Positions 8,814 to 20,102 are shown, counted from the stretch's first letter. The stretch: DNA of 45,347 nucleotides from Candidatus Firestoneibacteriota bacterium (GCA_038042445.1 JBBTED010000033.1:1-45347); one strand, 5' to 3'. Notes: generated by a model from the sequence alone, not told the origin. Numbers and translations are program-made.

Positions 8814-10028
8814 TTACTTTAAAACGATATGAAGTTTAGTTTCATGAAGCAAATTTAAATCTGCTAATTTAGTTAAATATAGTTTTAGGACTTTTGCAAA
8901 CTCATTCTTATACTTTGATAAAATTGCTTTTGCAGAAGGTATATTTAGTCTCAAAAAATTAATAAATCTACCGTTTTGTGTTATACGAAAGTCAAGATGA
9001 GGACCTGTTGCTAACCCTGTAGCACCAACATATCCAATTAACTGATTCTGCCTCACTTTAGCACCTGTTCGTATGCCTTTTGCATATCCTGAAAGATGCC
9101 CATACATTGTGCTATAACTATTAGTATGTTTTATAGATATAAACTTACCAAATCCACCTTTTCGGCCTGCATAAGTAACAACTCCATCTCCAATTGAAAC
9201 TATTGGAGTTCCTTTTGGAGCAGCGTAATCAATTCCAAGATGTGGTCTGAAATATTTCAGTATTGGATGATATCGTCTTGCTGCAAAATATGAACTTATT
9301 CTGCGATAATTTAAAGGTGAACGTAAAAAAGCACGTTTTAATGATTTACCATTAGTATCATAATAATCACTATGGCCCGATGAATCGGTAAAAAAAATTG
9401 CACTATGTATTTTATCATCATTTAAATATTGTGCTGCAAGTATACGTCCATTTTTAAATACTTTTCCATCTTTTTCGTATCTTTCCCATATAATTTTGAA
9501 TAAATCTCCAACACGTGGTTCTGTTAAAAAATCGATTTGCCAAGAAAAAATATCTGCAAAATCAACTGCCAAATCAGGTGTTTGTTTTGTTTCAAGTATT
9601 GCTTCATATAATGAAGTTTTTATTTTTCCTGAAATTCCAACAACTACTTTTGAAAGTTTTTCTTCAATATGCTGTGATGTCCATTCACCAGTTTTTGATT
9701 TTTCAATAATATAAGTATTTAAAGGATCAGGTTGAAATTTAAAACTTACGACTCCTTCTTTTTTATGAATTGTAAGTTCATAAATATCTCCAACCCTCCA
9801 TTTTCTGGAATCATATAATTTTTCCATCAATTTAACTATTGAGCGGATTTGTTCATTACTAACAGCATTTTCAAACAAAATACTATTAAGTGTTTCTCCT
9901 TGTGTTACATATCCAGAAATTGTTGTAATTAGTGAATTATAATACTTCGTCTGTTGTATTTTGTAAATTAAAAATCCACTTCCCACTAAAAGAAGTACTC
10001 CAAATAATATTAAAACTTTTTTTATCAT
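8814..10028 (-). CDS. M23 family peptidoglycan DD-metalloendopeptidase (MepM-like)
   Basis: N-terminal TM helix, FSWQIDF domain, and HLGIDYAAP, YGHLS and GPHLDF motifs. Confidence 0.9.
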   Translation of the reverse strand: MIKKVLILFGVLLLVGSGFLIYKIQQTKYYNSLITTISGYVTQGETLNSILFENAVSNEQIRSIVKLMEKLYDSRKWRVGDIYELTIHKKEGVVSFKFQPDPLNTYIIEKSKTGEWTSQHIEEKLSKVVVGISGKIKTSLYEAILETKQTPDLAVDFADIFSWQIDFLTEPRVGDLFKIIWERYEKDGKVFKNGRILAAQYLNDDKIHSAIFFTDSSGHSDYYDTNGKSLKRAFLRSPLNYRRISSYFAARRYHPILKYFRPHLGIDYAAPKGTPIVSIGDGVVTYAGRKGGFGKFISIKHTNSYSTMYGHLSGYAKGIRTGAKVRQNQLIGYVGATGLATGPHLDFRITQNGRFINFLRLNIPSAKAILSKYKNEFAKVLKLYLTKLADLNLLHETKLHIVLK

Positions 10029-10393
10029 TAGCTTATTGAAATCAAATATACACCAATTGCTATTACAAATGTTCCTGCTAATCTGGTAAAAGTAACATGT
10101 TCATTAAATAATATTGAGGATAGAAGCACAACTATTACATATCCAATGCTGACCAATGGATATGCAAAACTTAATTCTACACGTGAAAGAACTATAAGCC
10201 AGGCTAAAGAGCTTATAGCATAAGAAAGAAATCCCAAAAAAACCAATGGTGTCTGAAAAGCTTTAATTAATAAAGGTATTGCTTGTGATGGATCACTATT
10301 AAATCGGCCAACTTGCAACATTCCCTGTTTTAAACATAATTGTCCGGATATACCAAGTAAAACTGAAAAGAAAATCATTATAAGATTTTTCAC
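10028..10393 (-). CDS. Small DMT/EamA-SMR family membrane protein (ArnE/ArnF-like)
   Basis: Four TM segments; GQLCLKQG and [11 protein letters not shown] motifs. Confidence 0.8.
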   Translation of the reverse strand: MKNLIMIFFSVLLGISGQLCLKQGMLQVGRFNSDPSQAIPLLIKAFQTPLVFLGFLSYAISSLAWLIVLSRVELSFAYPLVSIGYVIVVLLSSILFNEHVTFTRLAGTFVIAIGVYLISIS

Positions 10394-11325
10394 AATTTCT
10401 CCTTTTCTATTTTTAGACTTCCAATTAATTGATTTATGTTATTAATTTTATGTTTGGCTAAATAATTTTTTATTCCATCTATTACTTTTAAAGTTATTTC
10501 AGGGTCTACAAAATTTGCTGTGCCTATAGCAACAGCAGTTGCTCCCGCAATTATAAATTCTAAAGCATCTTCAGCAGAAAATATACCACCTATTCCTATT
10601 ATTGGTAATTGGACAGCATTAAAAACTTTCCATACTAATCTTATAGCTATTGGTTTAATTGCAGGACCTGAAAGTCCTCCGATTATATTAGCAAGTTTCG
10701 GTTCTCGTGTTTCTATATTAATTGCCATTCCCGGAAAAGTATTAATCAATGAAAGTGCATCAGCACCTCCATCTTCACACGCTTTTGCAATAACTGTTAT
10801 ATCAGTAACTTCTGGTGATAATTTTACAATTAACGGAAGTTTTGTTGCTTTTCGTATATCTTTTGTTAATTTATATGTTAATTTTGGATTTTGTCCGAAT
10901 GCTAAATGATTTTTTGTATTATATTTAATATTTGGACAGGAGATATTAATTTCAATACCGGAAATTCCTGATGTATCATTTAGAATTTTGACAAGTTCAA
11001 TAAATTCCTGTACAGTATTACCAGCAATATTAACTATTATTGCAGTTTTAAATTGTTTCAAAAACTGTAGTTTTTCTTTTATAAATGTATGCACACCCAC
11101 ATTTTGCAAACCAATTGAATTCAAAATTCCTGCAGAAGTTTCAACAATTCGTGGTGGTAAATTACCTTCTCTTGGATGCAAAGTAATACTTTTAACAACA
11201 ATAGCTCCTAACTTGTTTAAATCAATATATTTTGAATATTCTTCACCATATCCAAATGTTCCAGAAGCCACCATTACCGGATTCTTTAATTTAATTTCTC
11301 CTATATTTACACCTAAATTTATCAT
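10390..11325 (-). CDS. pyrD: Dihydroorotate dehydrogenase B, catalytic subunit
   Basis: [23 protein letters not shown] and [10 protein letters not shown] motifs. Confidence 0.95.
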   Translation of the reverse strand: MINLGVNIGEIKLKNPVMVASGTFGYGEEYSKYIDLNKLGAIVVKSITLHPREGNLPPRIVETSAGILNSIGLQNVGVHTFIKEKLQFLKQFKTAIIVNIAGNTVQEFIELVKILNDTSGISGIEINISCPNIKYNTKNHLAFGQNPKLTYKLTKDIRKATKLPLIVKLSPEVTDITVIAKACEDGGADALSLINTFPGMAINIETREPKLANIIGGLSGPAIKPIAIRLVWKVFNAVQLPIIGIGGIFSAEDALEFIIAGATAVAIGTANFVDPEITLKVIDGIKNYLAKHKINNINQLIGSLKIEKEKL

Positions 11326-11344
11326 ATTTTATAATATATTATTT

Positions 11345-11421
11345 TATTGGTAGCCGCAGGCTTTAGCCTGCGATAAAGAAATGATAGAAATAACGCAGGC
11401 TAAAGCCTGTGGCTACCAATA
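11345..11421. repeat. GTAG-type REP doublet (family A)
   Basis: GTAGCCGCAGGCTTTAGCCTGCG (11350-11372) with an inverted copy at 11394-11416. Confidence 0.85.
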
Positions 11422-11425
11422 CATA

Positions 11426-12982
11426 TTAAATCAATTTTCGTTTTGTAATTTTTCCATAGAATATATATAGTTTCTCTGGTAAATCATTTAACAATTTATG
11501 TATATTGCTAATTTTATACACAAATTTATGACCTATATGCAAGAGTATTTTATCTAATTGTTTTTTATTTGAAAAATTTTGGCGCTCCTGAAATTCAAAT
11601 TTCATATCTCCTTTTCGAAATGTTGTAAAAGCAATCAAATCTTTGAAATATATTTGTTCATTTATTCCATATCGTCTATGATACAGATATTTCTGTTTTC
11701 TATTGAAAAAATTATGCTGATCCTGCGAAAAATATTCTACTCTTAAATCTGTTATATTCGGAGAAGTTGCTTCTATAAAAAAGAAAGCTGTATCCTTTGG
11801 AATTTTGTCGTATGTTTTTTCAAACTCCATTACTATTTGTTTGCACCATCTTCCTTCGAAATCTCTATACTGTTCATCTTTTTGAATATCTGGAATGCAC
11901 AGAAAAAAATATAACAATATTACAAAACTTAATGATACAAATTTAAACTTTTCAAACTTCGAGTAAATTTTATGAACTAAAAAATATTGGACACAATATG
12001 CCATAAGAAGTGAAAAACCAATTGTTGGAATATATTGATATCTTGGAGATTGAAATGGTATAAGTACTGTTGGTAGCATTGTTACAAATATCCATATAAT
12101 TGCGAATCTAATTTCCTGCTTTTTTGAAAAAATTATACCTGCAAAAAGAATAAATATAATAATTATACCCGCAACTATAGATTCTAAATGCAAATAATAA
12201 AGTCCTATATAGTTAAGAATATTTCCGCTAAAATTAGTCAAGAAAGAAAAATCAAGATTATAGTAATCAGAAGGCGGATGAGAACTTTTAAACAAAAGCT
12301 GACAAATTGAATACAACAAAAATATAACGACAAATGGTATAAAAGAAAGAAAATTAGTCCGAAGAGTATGAAATATTTTCTCTTGTTTGAAAAACGACAG
12401 CGTTATTGCCAATAAAGGTAATAACATTATTGAGTTCCAATTTGATACATAAGCCAATGTAGATGTAAGAATAGAAATATAATAATATTTCTTATCGGAT
12501 GGACTTTTTAGATATTTGATAAAAAATATTAATGTGAGTAAATAAAATAATAGACAAGTTGTTCTGCCACGACAATAAATTTCCAAAACCGATTCCGAAT
12601 ATTTATCACTTAAACCCCAAAACATACAGGTTAAGAACCCAAGTATTTTTGAGTTAAAAAGCATTGAAATAAAAAATCCGATAAGTAAAATATTGGTTAT
12701 ATGTATCACTAAATTGGTGATTTGATAACCAATAGGATTTACACCAAATATACTTAAATTAATTATATATGTTGTATAAATTGTTGTGCTAAAAATTAGA
12801 ACTGGCTGTGATACATATTCAGTATAGGCGTTATGAAAAATATTAATAGCTTGCTCCAGTAGTGCAAAATCATCAGAAAAAAAATAATTGTTAAACATAC
12901 CACTATATGCATATACAACAATTATCAACAGAATAAGATATGCAATTATCAGATTTTTCTTATTATCTAAATATTTTTCCAT
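11426..12982 (-). CDS. Multi-TM membrane protein, GT-C/PMT-like glycosyltransferase
   Basis: Many TM segments; FFSDDF after TM1, GYQITNLVIHITN and PRYQYIP motifs. Confidence 0.65.
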   Translation of the reverse strand: MEKYLDNKKNLIIAYLILLIIVVYAYSGMFNNYFFSDDFALLEQAINIFHNAYTEYVSQPVLIFSTTIYTTYIINLSIFGVNPIGYQITNLVIHITNILLIGFFISMLFNSKILGFLTCMFWGLSDKYSESVLEIYCRGRTTCLLFYLLTLIFFIKYLKSPSDKKYYYISILTSTLAYVSNWNSIMLLPLLAITLSFFKQEKIFHTLRTNFLSFIPFVVIFLLYSICQLLFKSSHPPSDYYNLDFSFLTNFSGNILNYIGLYYLHLESIVAGIIIIFILFAGIIFSKKQEIRFAIIWIFVTMLPTVLIPFQSPRYQYIPTIGFSLLMAYCVQYFLVHKIYSKFEKFKFVSLSFVILLYFFLCIPDIQKDEQYRDFEGRWCKQIVMEFEKTYDKIPKDTAFFFIEATSPNITDLRVEYFSQDQHNFFNRKQKYLYHRRYGINEQIYFKDLIAFTTFRKGDMKFEFQERQNFSNKKQLDKILLHIGHKFVYKISNIHKLLNDLPEKLYIFYGKITKRKLI

Positions 12983-13758
12983 TACAATTTAATTATCGTT
13001 GAATCAAAAATTGGGCCGTCAATGCAAATATGTTTATACAAACCAAATTTAGTGGCGCATACACAAGTTAAACATACACCTATCCCACATCCCATTAATG
13101 CTTCAAGTGAAACTTCACAGGAAATATTCGTTTGAGATGCTATTTTGGAAATTTCTTTTATCATTTTTTCAGGGCCACACGCATAAATTTTTATTTTTTC
13201 CGGAAGCAATGTTTTATTATCTAACAAATACTTTAATAAATCAGTAATTAAACCTTTATAGCCAGTTCCTCCAATTTCAGTTGCAACATTAAGAGTTATG
13301 GCATATTTCTTAAACTCTTTCCTTAACATTATATCTTTTTTTGATTTAGCACCAAATAAAAATACAATTTTCTTATTTTTAGAGTATTTTCTAATGTTTT
13401 TTGCAAGAAATAAAAGAGGTGCTACGCCATACCCCCCAGCAATAAGTACGGGTATTTTGCTATTATCAATATTAAAATTATTTCCAAGTGGTCCAATAAT
13501 ATTGACCTCATCCCCAACTTTTTTGTGTGAAATTAGCTTTGTACCTTTTCCTATGACTTTATATAAAATTTCTATTCTATTTTTAGAAAAACCTGAAATA
13601 CTAAATGGCCTGCGTAAAATTGGATCAAAAGAGTCATTAATTTTTAGCATAACAAATTGCCCTGGCATAGCATTAAATTTATCAGGAACTTGTAATTTTA
13701 GATAATATAAAGACGCAGTTATTTCTTTATTTTCTAAAACTTTGGTGGTAAACATCAT
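12982..13758 (-). CDS. pyrK: Dihydroorotate dehydrogenase electron transfer subunit
   Basis: PGQF, LRRPFS, GPLGN and CGP motifs plus the MGCGIGVCLTC...C 2Fe-2S motif. Confidence 0.93.
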   Translation of the reverse strand: MMFTTKVLENKEITASLYYLKLQVPDKFNAMPGQFVMLKINDSFDPILRRPFSISGFSKNRIEILYKVIGKGTKLISHKKVGDEVNIIGPLGNNFNIDNSKIPVLIAGGYGVAPLLFLAKNIRKYSKNKKIVFLFGAKSKKDIMLRKEFKKYAITLNVATEIGGTGYKGLITDLLKYLLDNKTLLPEKIKIYACGPEKMIKEISKIASQTNISCEVSLEALMGCGIGVCLTCVCATKFGLYKHICIDGPIFDSTIIKL

Positions 13759-15149
13759 AAAACTTCAATATCTCCACAACTTGGAATTATCACATTGGTA
13801 TTTTTAAAAGAATATTCTATTTTTTCTTTTAGGCAATTCGAACTTTTTTCTTCACCATGTATTACAAAAATTTTGGCTGGTAATGATCTGAAATTTCCTA
13901 TCCAATCCAAAAGTTCTTTTTGGTCTGCATGCGCAGAAAAACCACCAATAGTTGCAATATTTGCTTTTACACTTATTTCTTCACCAAAAATCTTAACTAA
14001 TTTACTCCCATCAACAAGTGCTCTTCCTAAAGTTCCATTCGCCTGATATCCTACGAATATTATGGTTGATTCTTCACGCCATAGATTGTGTTTTAAATGA
14101 TGTTTTATTCTTCCTGCTTCACACATTCCACTTGCAGATATAATAATAACACCGTTTTGTTCATTTAGTTTTTTTGATTCCTCTGCTTCCCGTATGTATG
14201 AAAGACCATCAAATGAAAATGGATCATCGTTATTTTTTACTCTTGCGATTGTATCAGCATCAAAACAATCAATATTTTTTTTAAAAATTTCTGTTGCTGA
14301 AATTGCCAATGGGCTATCCACAAAAACCAAAACAGGTGATATTTGTTTTTTCTTTATAAGATCACTTATTACATATAAAATTTCCTGAGTTCTTTCCACT
14401 GCAAATGCAGGAATGATTATATTGCCATTTTTATTAAAAGAATGATTTATTAGATTTTGAAACTCTAATACGGTTTCAATTTTATTTTTATGCAACCTAT
14501 CACCATAAGTGGATTCAATAAAAAGTATATCTGCATCTAATATAACAGATGGATCCCGTATAATGTTCTGTTCCTTATTCCCAATATCACCTGAAAAAAC
14601 TATTTTTTTCTCTCTATTGTTATCATTTATCCACATTTCAATTGTTGCAGAACCCAATATGTGTCCAGCATCACGAAAACACATTTTTATATCTGGTGTT
14701 AATGAAATAAATGTATCATAACTCACTGGCTCAAAAAATTTTATGGAATTTTTTGCATCCTCAGCAGTATAAAGTGGCTCAATTAAATTCTTGCCTGCTC
14801 TAATTCTTTTTCTGTTTTTCCAAACAACTTCCATTTCATGGATATGCGCGGAATCAAGTAGCATTACTTCAGATAAAGCCACAGTTGGTTTTGTTGCAAA
14901 AATTTTACCTTTAAATCCTGATTTAGTAAGTTTTGGAATTAAACCGCTGTGGTCTATATGTGCATGAGTTAAAATTAATGCTGTTATTTCTGCTGGGATA
15001 AAAGGAAATGGCAAATAATTTCTCTCTTCAAGATTTTTTGAACCCTGAAAACTTCCACATTCAACTAATATCTTATGCGTATCTGTAGTTAATAAAAAAC
15101 AGGAACCTGTTACTGTTTTTGCACCACCTATAAATTCAACTTTTAGCAT
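13755..15149 (-). CDS. MBL-fold beta-CASP ribonuclease
   Basis: THAHIDHSG, AGHILGS, ESTYGDR, SASGM and FSAHAD motifs. Confidence 0.92.
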   Translation of the reverse strand: MLKVEFIGGAKTVTGSCFLLTTDTHKILVECGSFQGSKNLEERNYLPFPFIPAEITALILTHAHIDHSGLIPKLTKSGFKGKIFATKPTVALSEVMLLDSAHIHEMEVVWKNRKRIRAGKNLIEPLYTAEDAKNSIKFFEPVSYDTFISLTPDIKMCFRDAGHILGSATIEMWINDNNREKKIVFSGDIGNKEQNIIRDPSVILDADILFIESTYGDRLHKNKIETVLEFQNLINHSFNKNGNIIIPAFAVERTQEILYVISDLIKKKQISPVLVFVDSPLAISATEIFKKNIDCFDADTIARVKNNDDPFSFDGLSYIREAEESKKLNEQNGVIIISASGMCEAGRIKHHLKHNLWREESTIIFVGYQANGTLGRALVDGSKLVKIFGEEISVKANIATIGGFSAHADQKELLDWIGNFRSLPAKIFVIHGEEKSSNCLKEKIEYSFKNTNVIIPSCGDIEVL

Positions 15150-15158
15150 AAATTTAAA

Positions 15159-16508
15159 CTATTCTCCCGATACAATCATTTCATCAATTCTTATGCTTGA
15201 TGTTCCAATATTTCCTGTCCACTTAAAATCATTTGCAATTTGAGAAATATTTTTTAACATTGTTAACAGATTTCCTGCAATTAAAATTTGATCCACAGAT
15301 TTTGTTAGCTTTCCATTTTCTATAAGAACACCTGATGCAGCAGTTGAATAATTACCTGTTATTGGATTTATTCCGCCCACATTAGTTGTTGAAAAGATTA
15401 AAATTCCATTTTTAATATCTGAAATCATCTCTTCTTTTGACATATTCCCTGATTTCAGATAAAAATTTGATGGTCCAATTGTAGGCATTGATTTATATGA
15501 ACTACGAACTGCATTTCCAGTAGAAGTTTTTTTAGATTGCCTTGCTGTATATGAATTATGAAGGAAATTCTCTAATCTTCCATTTATAACTAAATTGATA
15601 CGTTGTTTTGCAGAACCTTCACCATCATAAGGACTAGTACCTATTAAACCTATAAGACTGCTATCATCTATTAAATTTATATTCGAAGATGCAATAGATT
15701 CATTAAGCTTATTTATAAAAATTGAACGCCCTTTTAAAACTGCTTCTGCGGATAAAGCAGAAGCAATATAAGAAAAAAATTCAGCAGAAATTTCAGGTGT
15801 AAAAACTATTGTTGTTTTGCCTGTAGGAATTGGTGCACCTTCTAATGCAGTTATAGCTTTATATGCAGCTTCTTTTCCTATTTTTTCGTCTAAAATTTCA
15901 CTGAAATACCGTCGGACAACAAAACCATCTCCTGATGAACCTTTATTTTGTTGCTTCGTTAGTGCAAGAATGCTACCTGCACATCCTGTTTCTTTATAGG
16001 ATAAATTAATACCTTTGCTGTTTATAATCTGCTGATATGCAATAGTTTCTGAATATATTACAAAATCTGCTAATATCCTGATATCATAATTTAGCGCATC
16101 TTTTTCCACAGATTTTATATATTTTATTTTATCTTCAATAGATATTTTTTCGAGGTTTTCGTCAAAAATTTTTAAATCAGCATTAGTTTGTTTTGCAAAT
16201 ATTTCTGGGAGCCCCTGATATTCATCTTTTTCCAATTTTTTAGTTGCATTAATAATTTTTGTTACTATTTTAGATAAGTGTGTTTCATTTAAATCAGATG
16301 TAGAAAAAAATCCTACCTTATTATCAATAAAAATTCTAAATCCAATTCCAGAATCCGATGTCTGGCTTATAGACTCAATTTCCTGTTTATGTATTTTTAT
16401 CATTGTATTTTTGCTATTGCCAAAAAATACTTCAGATTCTTTTGCTCCTTGTAATAGAGCTTCATTTAAAATTTTATCTGCAATAACTTTTATGTCCTTC
16501 ATTATCAT
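15159..16508 (-). CDS. pmbA: TldD/PmbA family protein, PmbA/TldE subunit
   Basis: PYDGEG, TGNA and GNYSTAASG motifs, no HExxxH, adjacent to tldD. Confidence 0.85.
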   Translation of the reverse strand: MIMKDIKVIADKILNEALLQGAKESEVFFGNSKNTMIKIHKQEIESISQTSDSGIGFRIFIDNKVGFFSTSDLNETHLSKIVTKIINATKKLEKDEYQGLPEIFAKQTNADLKIFDENLEKISIEDKIKYIKSVEKDALNYDIRILADFVIYSETIAYQQIINSKGINLSYKETGCAGSILALTKQQNKGSSGDGFVVRRYFSEILDEKIGKEAAYKAITALEGAPIPTGKTTIVFTPEISAEFFSYIASALSAEAVLKGRSIFINKLNESIASSNINLIDDSSLIGLIGTSPYDGEGSAKQRINLVINGRLENFLHNSYTARQSKKTSTGNAVRSSYKSMPTIGPSNFYLKSGNMSKEEMISDIKNGILIFSTTNVGGINPITGNYSTAASGVLIENGKLTKSVDQILIAGNLLTMLKNISQIANDFKWTGNIGTSSIRIDEMIVSGE

Positions 16509-17911
16509 ATACTAGTTCCACCAATTAGCATATTTTTTATGCGAATTGTAGGTTGGCCAAAAGATACAGGTGCAAGCTGCATTTTTCCACATCTTCCGCC
16601 ACCACCTGAATCTAATTGTAGATCATTCCCCACAGCATCTATTCCAAGTAGGACATCACTTCCTTTTCCTTCTAATGTTGCACCTCGCACAGGAGTTGTA
16701 ATTTCTCCATTTTCAATAAGATACCCTTCTTCTACTGTAAAAATAAATCCTCCACCTGTTAAATCGCCTGAACCTCCACCAATTCGTGCAACAAAAAAGC
16801 CTTTTTTAACTTCTTTAATTATTTCATCAGGTTTGCGATTTCCATTATCAATAAAAGTACAAGTCATTCGTGGAATTGGAGCATACCTAAAAGATTGTCT
16901 GCGTCCATTTCCTGTAGGAAGCATATTAAGTTGTTTTGCTCCAATTAAATCACACATATATCCTTTTAAAACACCTTTTTCAATCAGAATATTTCTTTTT
17001 GCAATAGTCCCTTCATCATCACAAAAAAATGAGCCCGAACGTTCAGGTAAACTTCCATCATCAATCATTGTTATAAGTGAAGATGCTACCTGTTTGCCAA
17101 TCATATCTGAATATATAGAATTTTTTTTAACTATAAAATCTGATTCTAAAGCATGACCACATGCTTCATGAATTAATACACCACCATCACCTATTCCATT
17201 GTTTATAACAACAGTCATAGGACCTGTTGGTGAAGGCTTAGCATCAAGCATTTTAATTGCAGCTGTGCTCGCATCTTTTGCAATAGATTCCGGAGTAATA
17301 GTATCAAATATTTCCAAACCATATTGCCCACCTTTTCCCCTTACCACAGTTTGAAGCATATCCCCTTTTTTAGCAATAACCCTAACACTGAACTCTATTA
17401 AATTTCTGGTGTCTTTTGCCCAAACTCCATCAGTATTGAATATCTGAACATTTTGTTGATAATCATTATATTTCACAATTACCTGTGATATGTAATTCTC
17501 ATTTTCTCTTGCACTGTTATTTGCTCTTTCTAATAAATTAATTTTTGCTTCTTCAGAAGCAGTTATACATGGTTTTAAAATTCTAGATACAATGTGAGAT
17601 TCTCGCATTGCTAAAGTAAATGTTTTGCTATTATTTGATGCATTTGCAATTGAACGGGCAATTTTTACTGCAGAAATTATGGATGAAAAATTCAAATCAC
17701 TTGTGCAGGCATAACCAAATATTCCATTTTTAACGACTCGAATACCCAAACCACAGTCAGAAAAAATTTTGAAATCTTTTACTTTATTTTCCTCAAATAA
17801 AATATTTGTTCCTTCAGTATTTTCAAAAAATAATTCTGCAAATTCTGCACCAGTTTCAAGTGCAACGGATAGGATTCTCTTTATTTCTGATTCATTTATA
17901 GGAAGTTGCAT
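16505..17911 (-). CDS. tldD: Metalloprotease TldD
   Basis: HEACGHALE, DDEG, TGNGRRQS, PRMT and CGK motifs. Confidence 0.92.
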   Translation of the reverse strand: MQLPINESEIKRILSVALETGAEFAELFFENTEGTNILFEENKVKDFKIFSDCGLGIRVVKNGIFGYACTSDLNFSSIISAVKIARSIANASNNSKTFTLAMRESHIVSRILKPCITASEEAKINLLERANNSARENENYISQVIVKYNDYQQNVQIFNTDGVWAKDTRNLIEFSVRVIAKKGDMLQTVVRGKGGQYGLEIFDTITPESIAKDASTAAIKMLDAKPSPTGPMTVVINNGIGDGGVLIHEACGHALESDFIVKKNSIYSDMIGKQVASSLITMIDDGSLPERSGSFFCDDEGTIAKRNILIEKGVLKGYMCDLIGAKQLNMLPTGNGRRQSFRYAPIPRMTCTFIDNGNRKPDEIIKEVKKGFFVARIGGGSGDLTGGGFIFTVEEGYLIENGEITTPVRGATLEGKGSDVLLGIDAVGNDLQLDSGGGGRCGKMQLAPVSFGQPTIRIKNMLIGGTSI

Positions 17912-17932
17912 TATTTCCTTTTTTGAGGATAA

Positions 17933-19225
17933 TTAGATTTTTAATCGCTTATATATTTTAGCAACATTTTTGAGATAAAAATTCATATCAAAACAAGTAT
18001 CTAATTCTGATGAACTAACAAATTTAGATACCAGCAAATCATGTTTTAACAAGTCTTTTAAATTGCCCTCTCCCTGCCATACTTTCATAGCATTATCCTG
18101 AACTATTTTATATGCTTGTTCACGTGTTAAACCCTTTTGCACAAGCAACAACAGTACACGTTGTGAAAAAATCAACCCGCATGTTATATTAATATTATTT
18201 TTCATATTCTCAGGATATATTAATAATCCACGCATCACATCATTAAATTTTGTCAACATATAGTACATCAAAATTGTACTATCAGGTAGTATTATGCGTT
18301 CTACAGAAGAATGTGATATATCTCGTTCATGCCATAGGGAAACATTTTCTAAAGATGCCAGTGCATTTGTGCGAACTACTCTTGCTAAACCTGAAAGTTG
18401 TTCACAGATTACAGGATTTCTTTTATGAGGCATTGCAGAAGACCCCTTTTGTCCCTTTGTAAATGGTTCTTCTAATTCTCTAACTTCTGTTTTTTGCAAA
18501 TGACGTATTTCCGTGGTAAATTTCTCAATTGAACTTGCAATTATTGCCAATGTGGTTAGAAATTCTGCATGCCTGTCTCTTTGAATTATTTGCGTTGAAA
18601 TCGGTTCAACTTTAAGCCCAAGTTTTTTGCAAACATATTCTTCTACATCAGGATCTATATTTGAGTATGTGCCAACAGCACCTGAAATTTTGCCACAATT
18701 TATATTATCTTTTGCTCGTCTTAATCTTTCAAGATTTCTTTCAGATTCCTTCCACCACAATGCAAGTTTAAGTCCAAATGTAGTCGGTTCTGCATGAATA
18801 CCATGTGTTCTTCCCATCATTACAACATCTTTATTGGATTTTGCTTTTGCTTTTAAAATTTTTATGCTTTCATTAAGTTTGGATTCAATAAGATTTGCAG
18901 ATTCACGTAATTGTATTGCTAATGCGGTATCTAATAAATCAGATGAAGTGAGTCCTAAATGGACATAACGGGATTCTGGACCAATTTTTTCAGATACACT
19001 TGTTAAAAATGCAATAATATCATGTTTTACTTCCGATTCAATTTTATTAATACGATTAATATTAAAACCGGCTTTTTTCTTTATTACCTGCAAGGCTTTA
19101 TATGGAATTTTACCCTTTTTAGATAAAGCTTCGCAGGTTAATATTTCAATTTTAAGCCAGGTATTAAATTTATATTCATCAGTCCAGATATTTCCAATTT
19201 CTGAAAAAGTATATCTCGAAATCAT
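17933..19225 (-). CDS. purB: Adenylosuccinate lyase
   Basis: GRTHGIHAEP, GSSAMPHKRNP and WHERDISHSS motifs. Confidence 0.97.
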   Translation of the reverse strand: MISRYTFSEIGNIWTDEYKFNTWLKIEILTCEALSKKGKIPYKALQVIKKKAGFNINRINKIESEVKHDIIAFLTSVSEKIGPESRYVHLGLTSSDLLDTALAIQLRESANLIESKLNESIKILKAKAKSNKDVVMMGRTHGIHAEPTTFGLKLALWWKESERNLERLRRAKDNINCGKISGAVGTYSNIDPDVEEYVCKKLGLKVEPISTQIIQRDRHAEFLTTLAIIASSIEKFTTEIRHLQKTEVRELEEPFTKGQKGSSAMPHKRNPVICEQLSGLARVVRTNALASLENVSLWHERDISHSSVERIILPDSTILMYYMLTKFNDVMRGLLIYPENMKNNINITCGLIFSQRVLLLLVQKGLTREQAYKIVQDNAMKVWQGEGNLKDLLKHDLLVSKFVSSSELDTCFDMNFYLKNVAKIYKRLKI

Positions 19226-20046
19226 TGTTTTTTTAACCCAAGGTCAATAGCAACTCCATCTACGATTGGAGCATCTATTGTTGCTTTTTTTTCAAGAAAT
19301 CCTTCCAATAATGCATTATCACATATTGCATTTATAAGACGTGGTATTCCTTTGGAGTGTATAAAAACAGATTGCACTGCAGAATCAACAAATACTTCTT
19401 TTTCAGTTCCTGCAACTTTGATACGATGAAGTATATATCCTTTTGTAGATGCTTCATCAAGTGGTTTCAATGTAAATTTTAGTCCAATACGTGAAACAAG
19501 TGGTGGATCAAGTGCCATATATTTTTCTAATTCAGGTGGCCCAAATAAAATTATATTCAGTAATTTATGACTTGACGCTTCAACATTAAGAAGTCCACGC
19601 AATTCTTCATAAATGTCCTGAGTTTGAAGCATATGTGCTTCGTCAATAAGTATTATCGCTTTTTTGCCTGCTTCATCAATTTCAATTAATTTTCTACATA
19701 TCTGAGATATTAAAGTTGTTTTGTCATCAGCAGGACTTTCAATTCCAATCTGAACCCCAATTTTTTTAAGAAGCCATCCCGCAGATATTTCATGGTGAAT
19801 TATAATTAGAAGTGCAGCTTCATATTTATTTTCGTCAATTTGAAGTTGGTCAAGAAGTTTTCGACTTAAAAATGTTTTACCTAACCCTATATCACCTATA
19901 ACTACTGTTAACCCTTTTGCCGAATCAATTGCGTGCTGCATCCTGATTAATGCCCCCATATGCTGTTCACTTTCAAAAAAGAAACGCGGATCAGGCGTAA
20001 TTGCAAAAGGCTGTTCCTTCAACCCATAAAATGCTTCATAATTCAT
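19222..20046 (-). CDS. ExeA-like AAA+ ATPase (paralog 1)
   Basis: YGLKEQPFAITPDP start, Walker A GDIGLGKT, Walker B LIDEAH and GIPRLIN. Start taken at MNYEAF. Confidence 0.88.
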   Translation of the reverse strand: MNYEAFYGLKEQPFAITPDPRFFFESEQHMGALIRMQHAIDSAKGLTVVIGDIGLGKTFLSRKLLDQLQIDENKYEAALLIIIHHEISAGWLLKKIGVQIGIESPADDKTTLISQICRKLIEIDEAGKKAIILIDEAHMLQTQDIYEELRGLLNVEASSHKLLNIILFGPPELEKYMALDPPLVSRIGLKFTLKPLDEASTKGYILHRIKVAGTEKEVFVDSAVQSVFIHSKGIPRLINAICDNALLEGFLEKKATIDAPIVDGVAIDLGLKKQ

Positions 20047-20054
20047 AATTATGT

Positions 20055-20083
20055 ATTGTAACAATTTTGCACACCTTTTGCAA
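20055..20083 (-). promoter_or_regulatory. Sigma70 promoter, probably leaderless, of the ExeA-like/purB run
   Basis: TTGCAA-17 nt-TACAAT with an extended TGn. The ATG lies 8 nt after the -10 and has no SD sequence. Confidence 0.6.
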
Positions 20084-20102
20084 TAGAGAAAATTCAGAAT
20101 GT

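Noticed and set aside
15159..17911. tldD/pmbA as part of a RiPP cluster with the 22-aa peptide
   Set aside because: They are 15 kb apart, with no YcaO, radical SAM maturase or exporter nearby.
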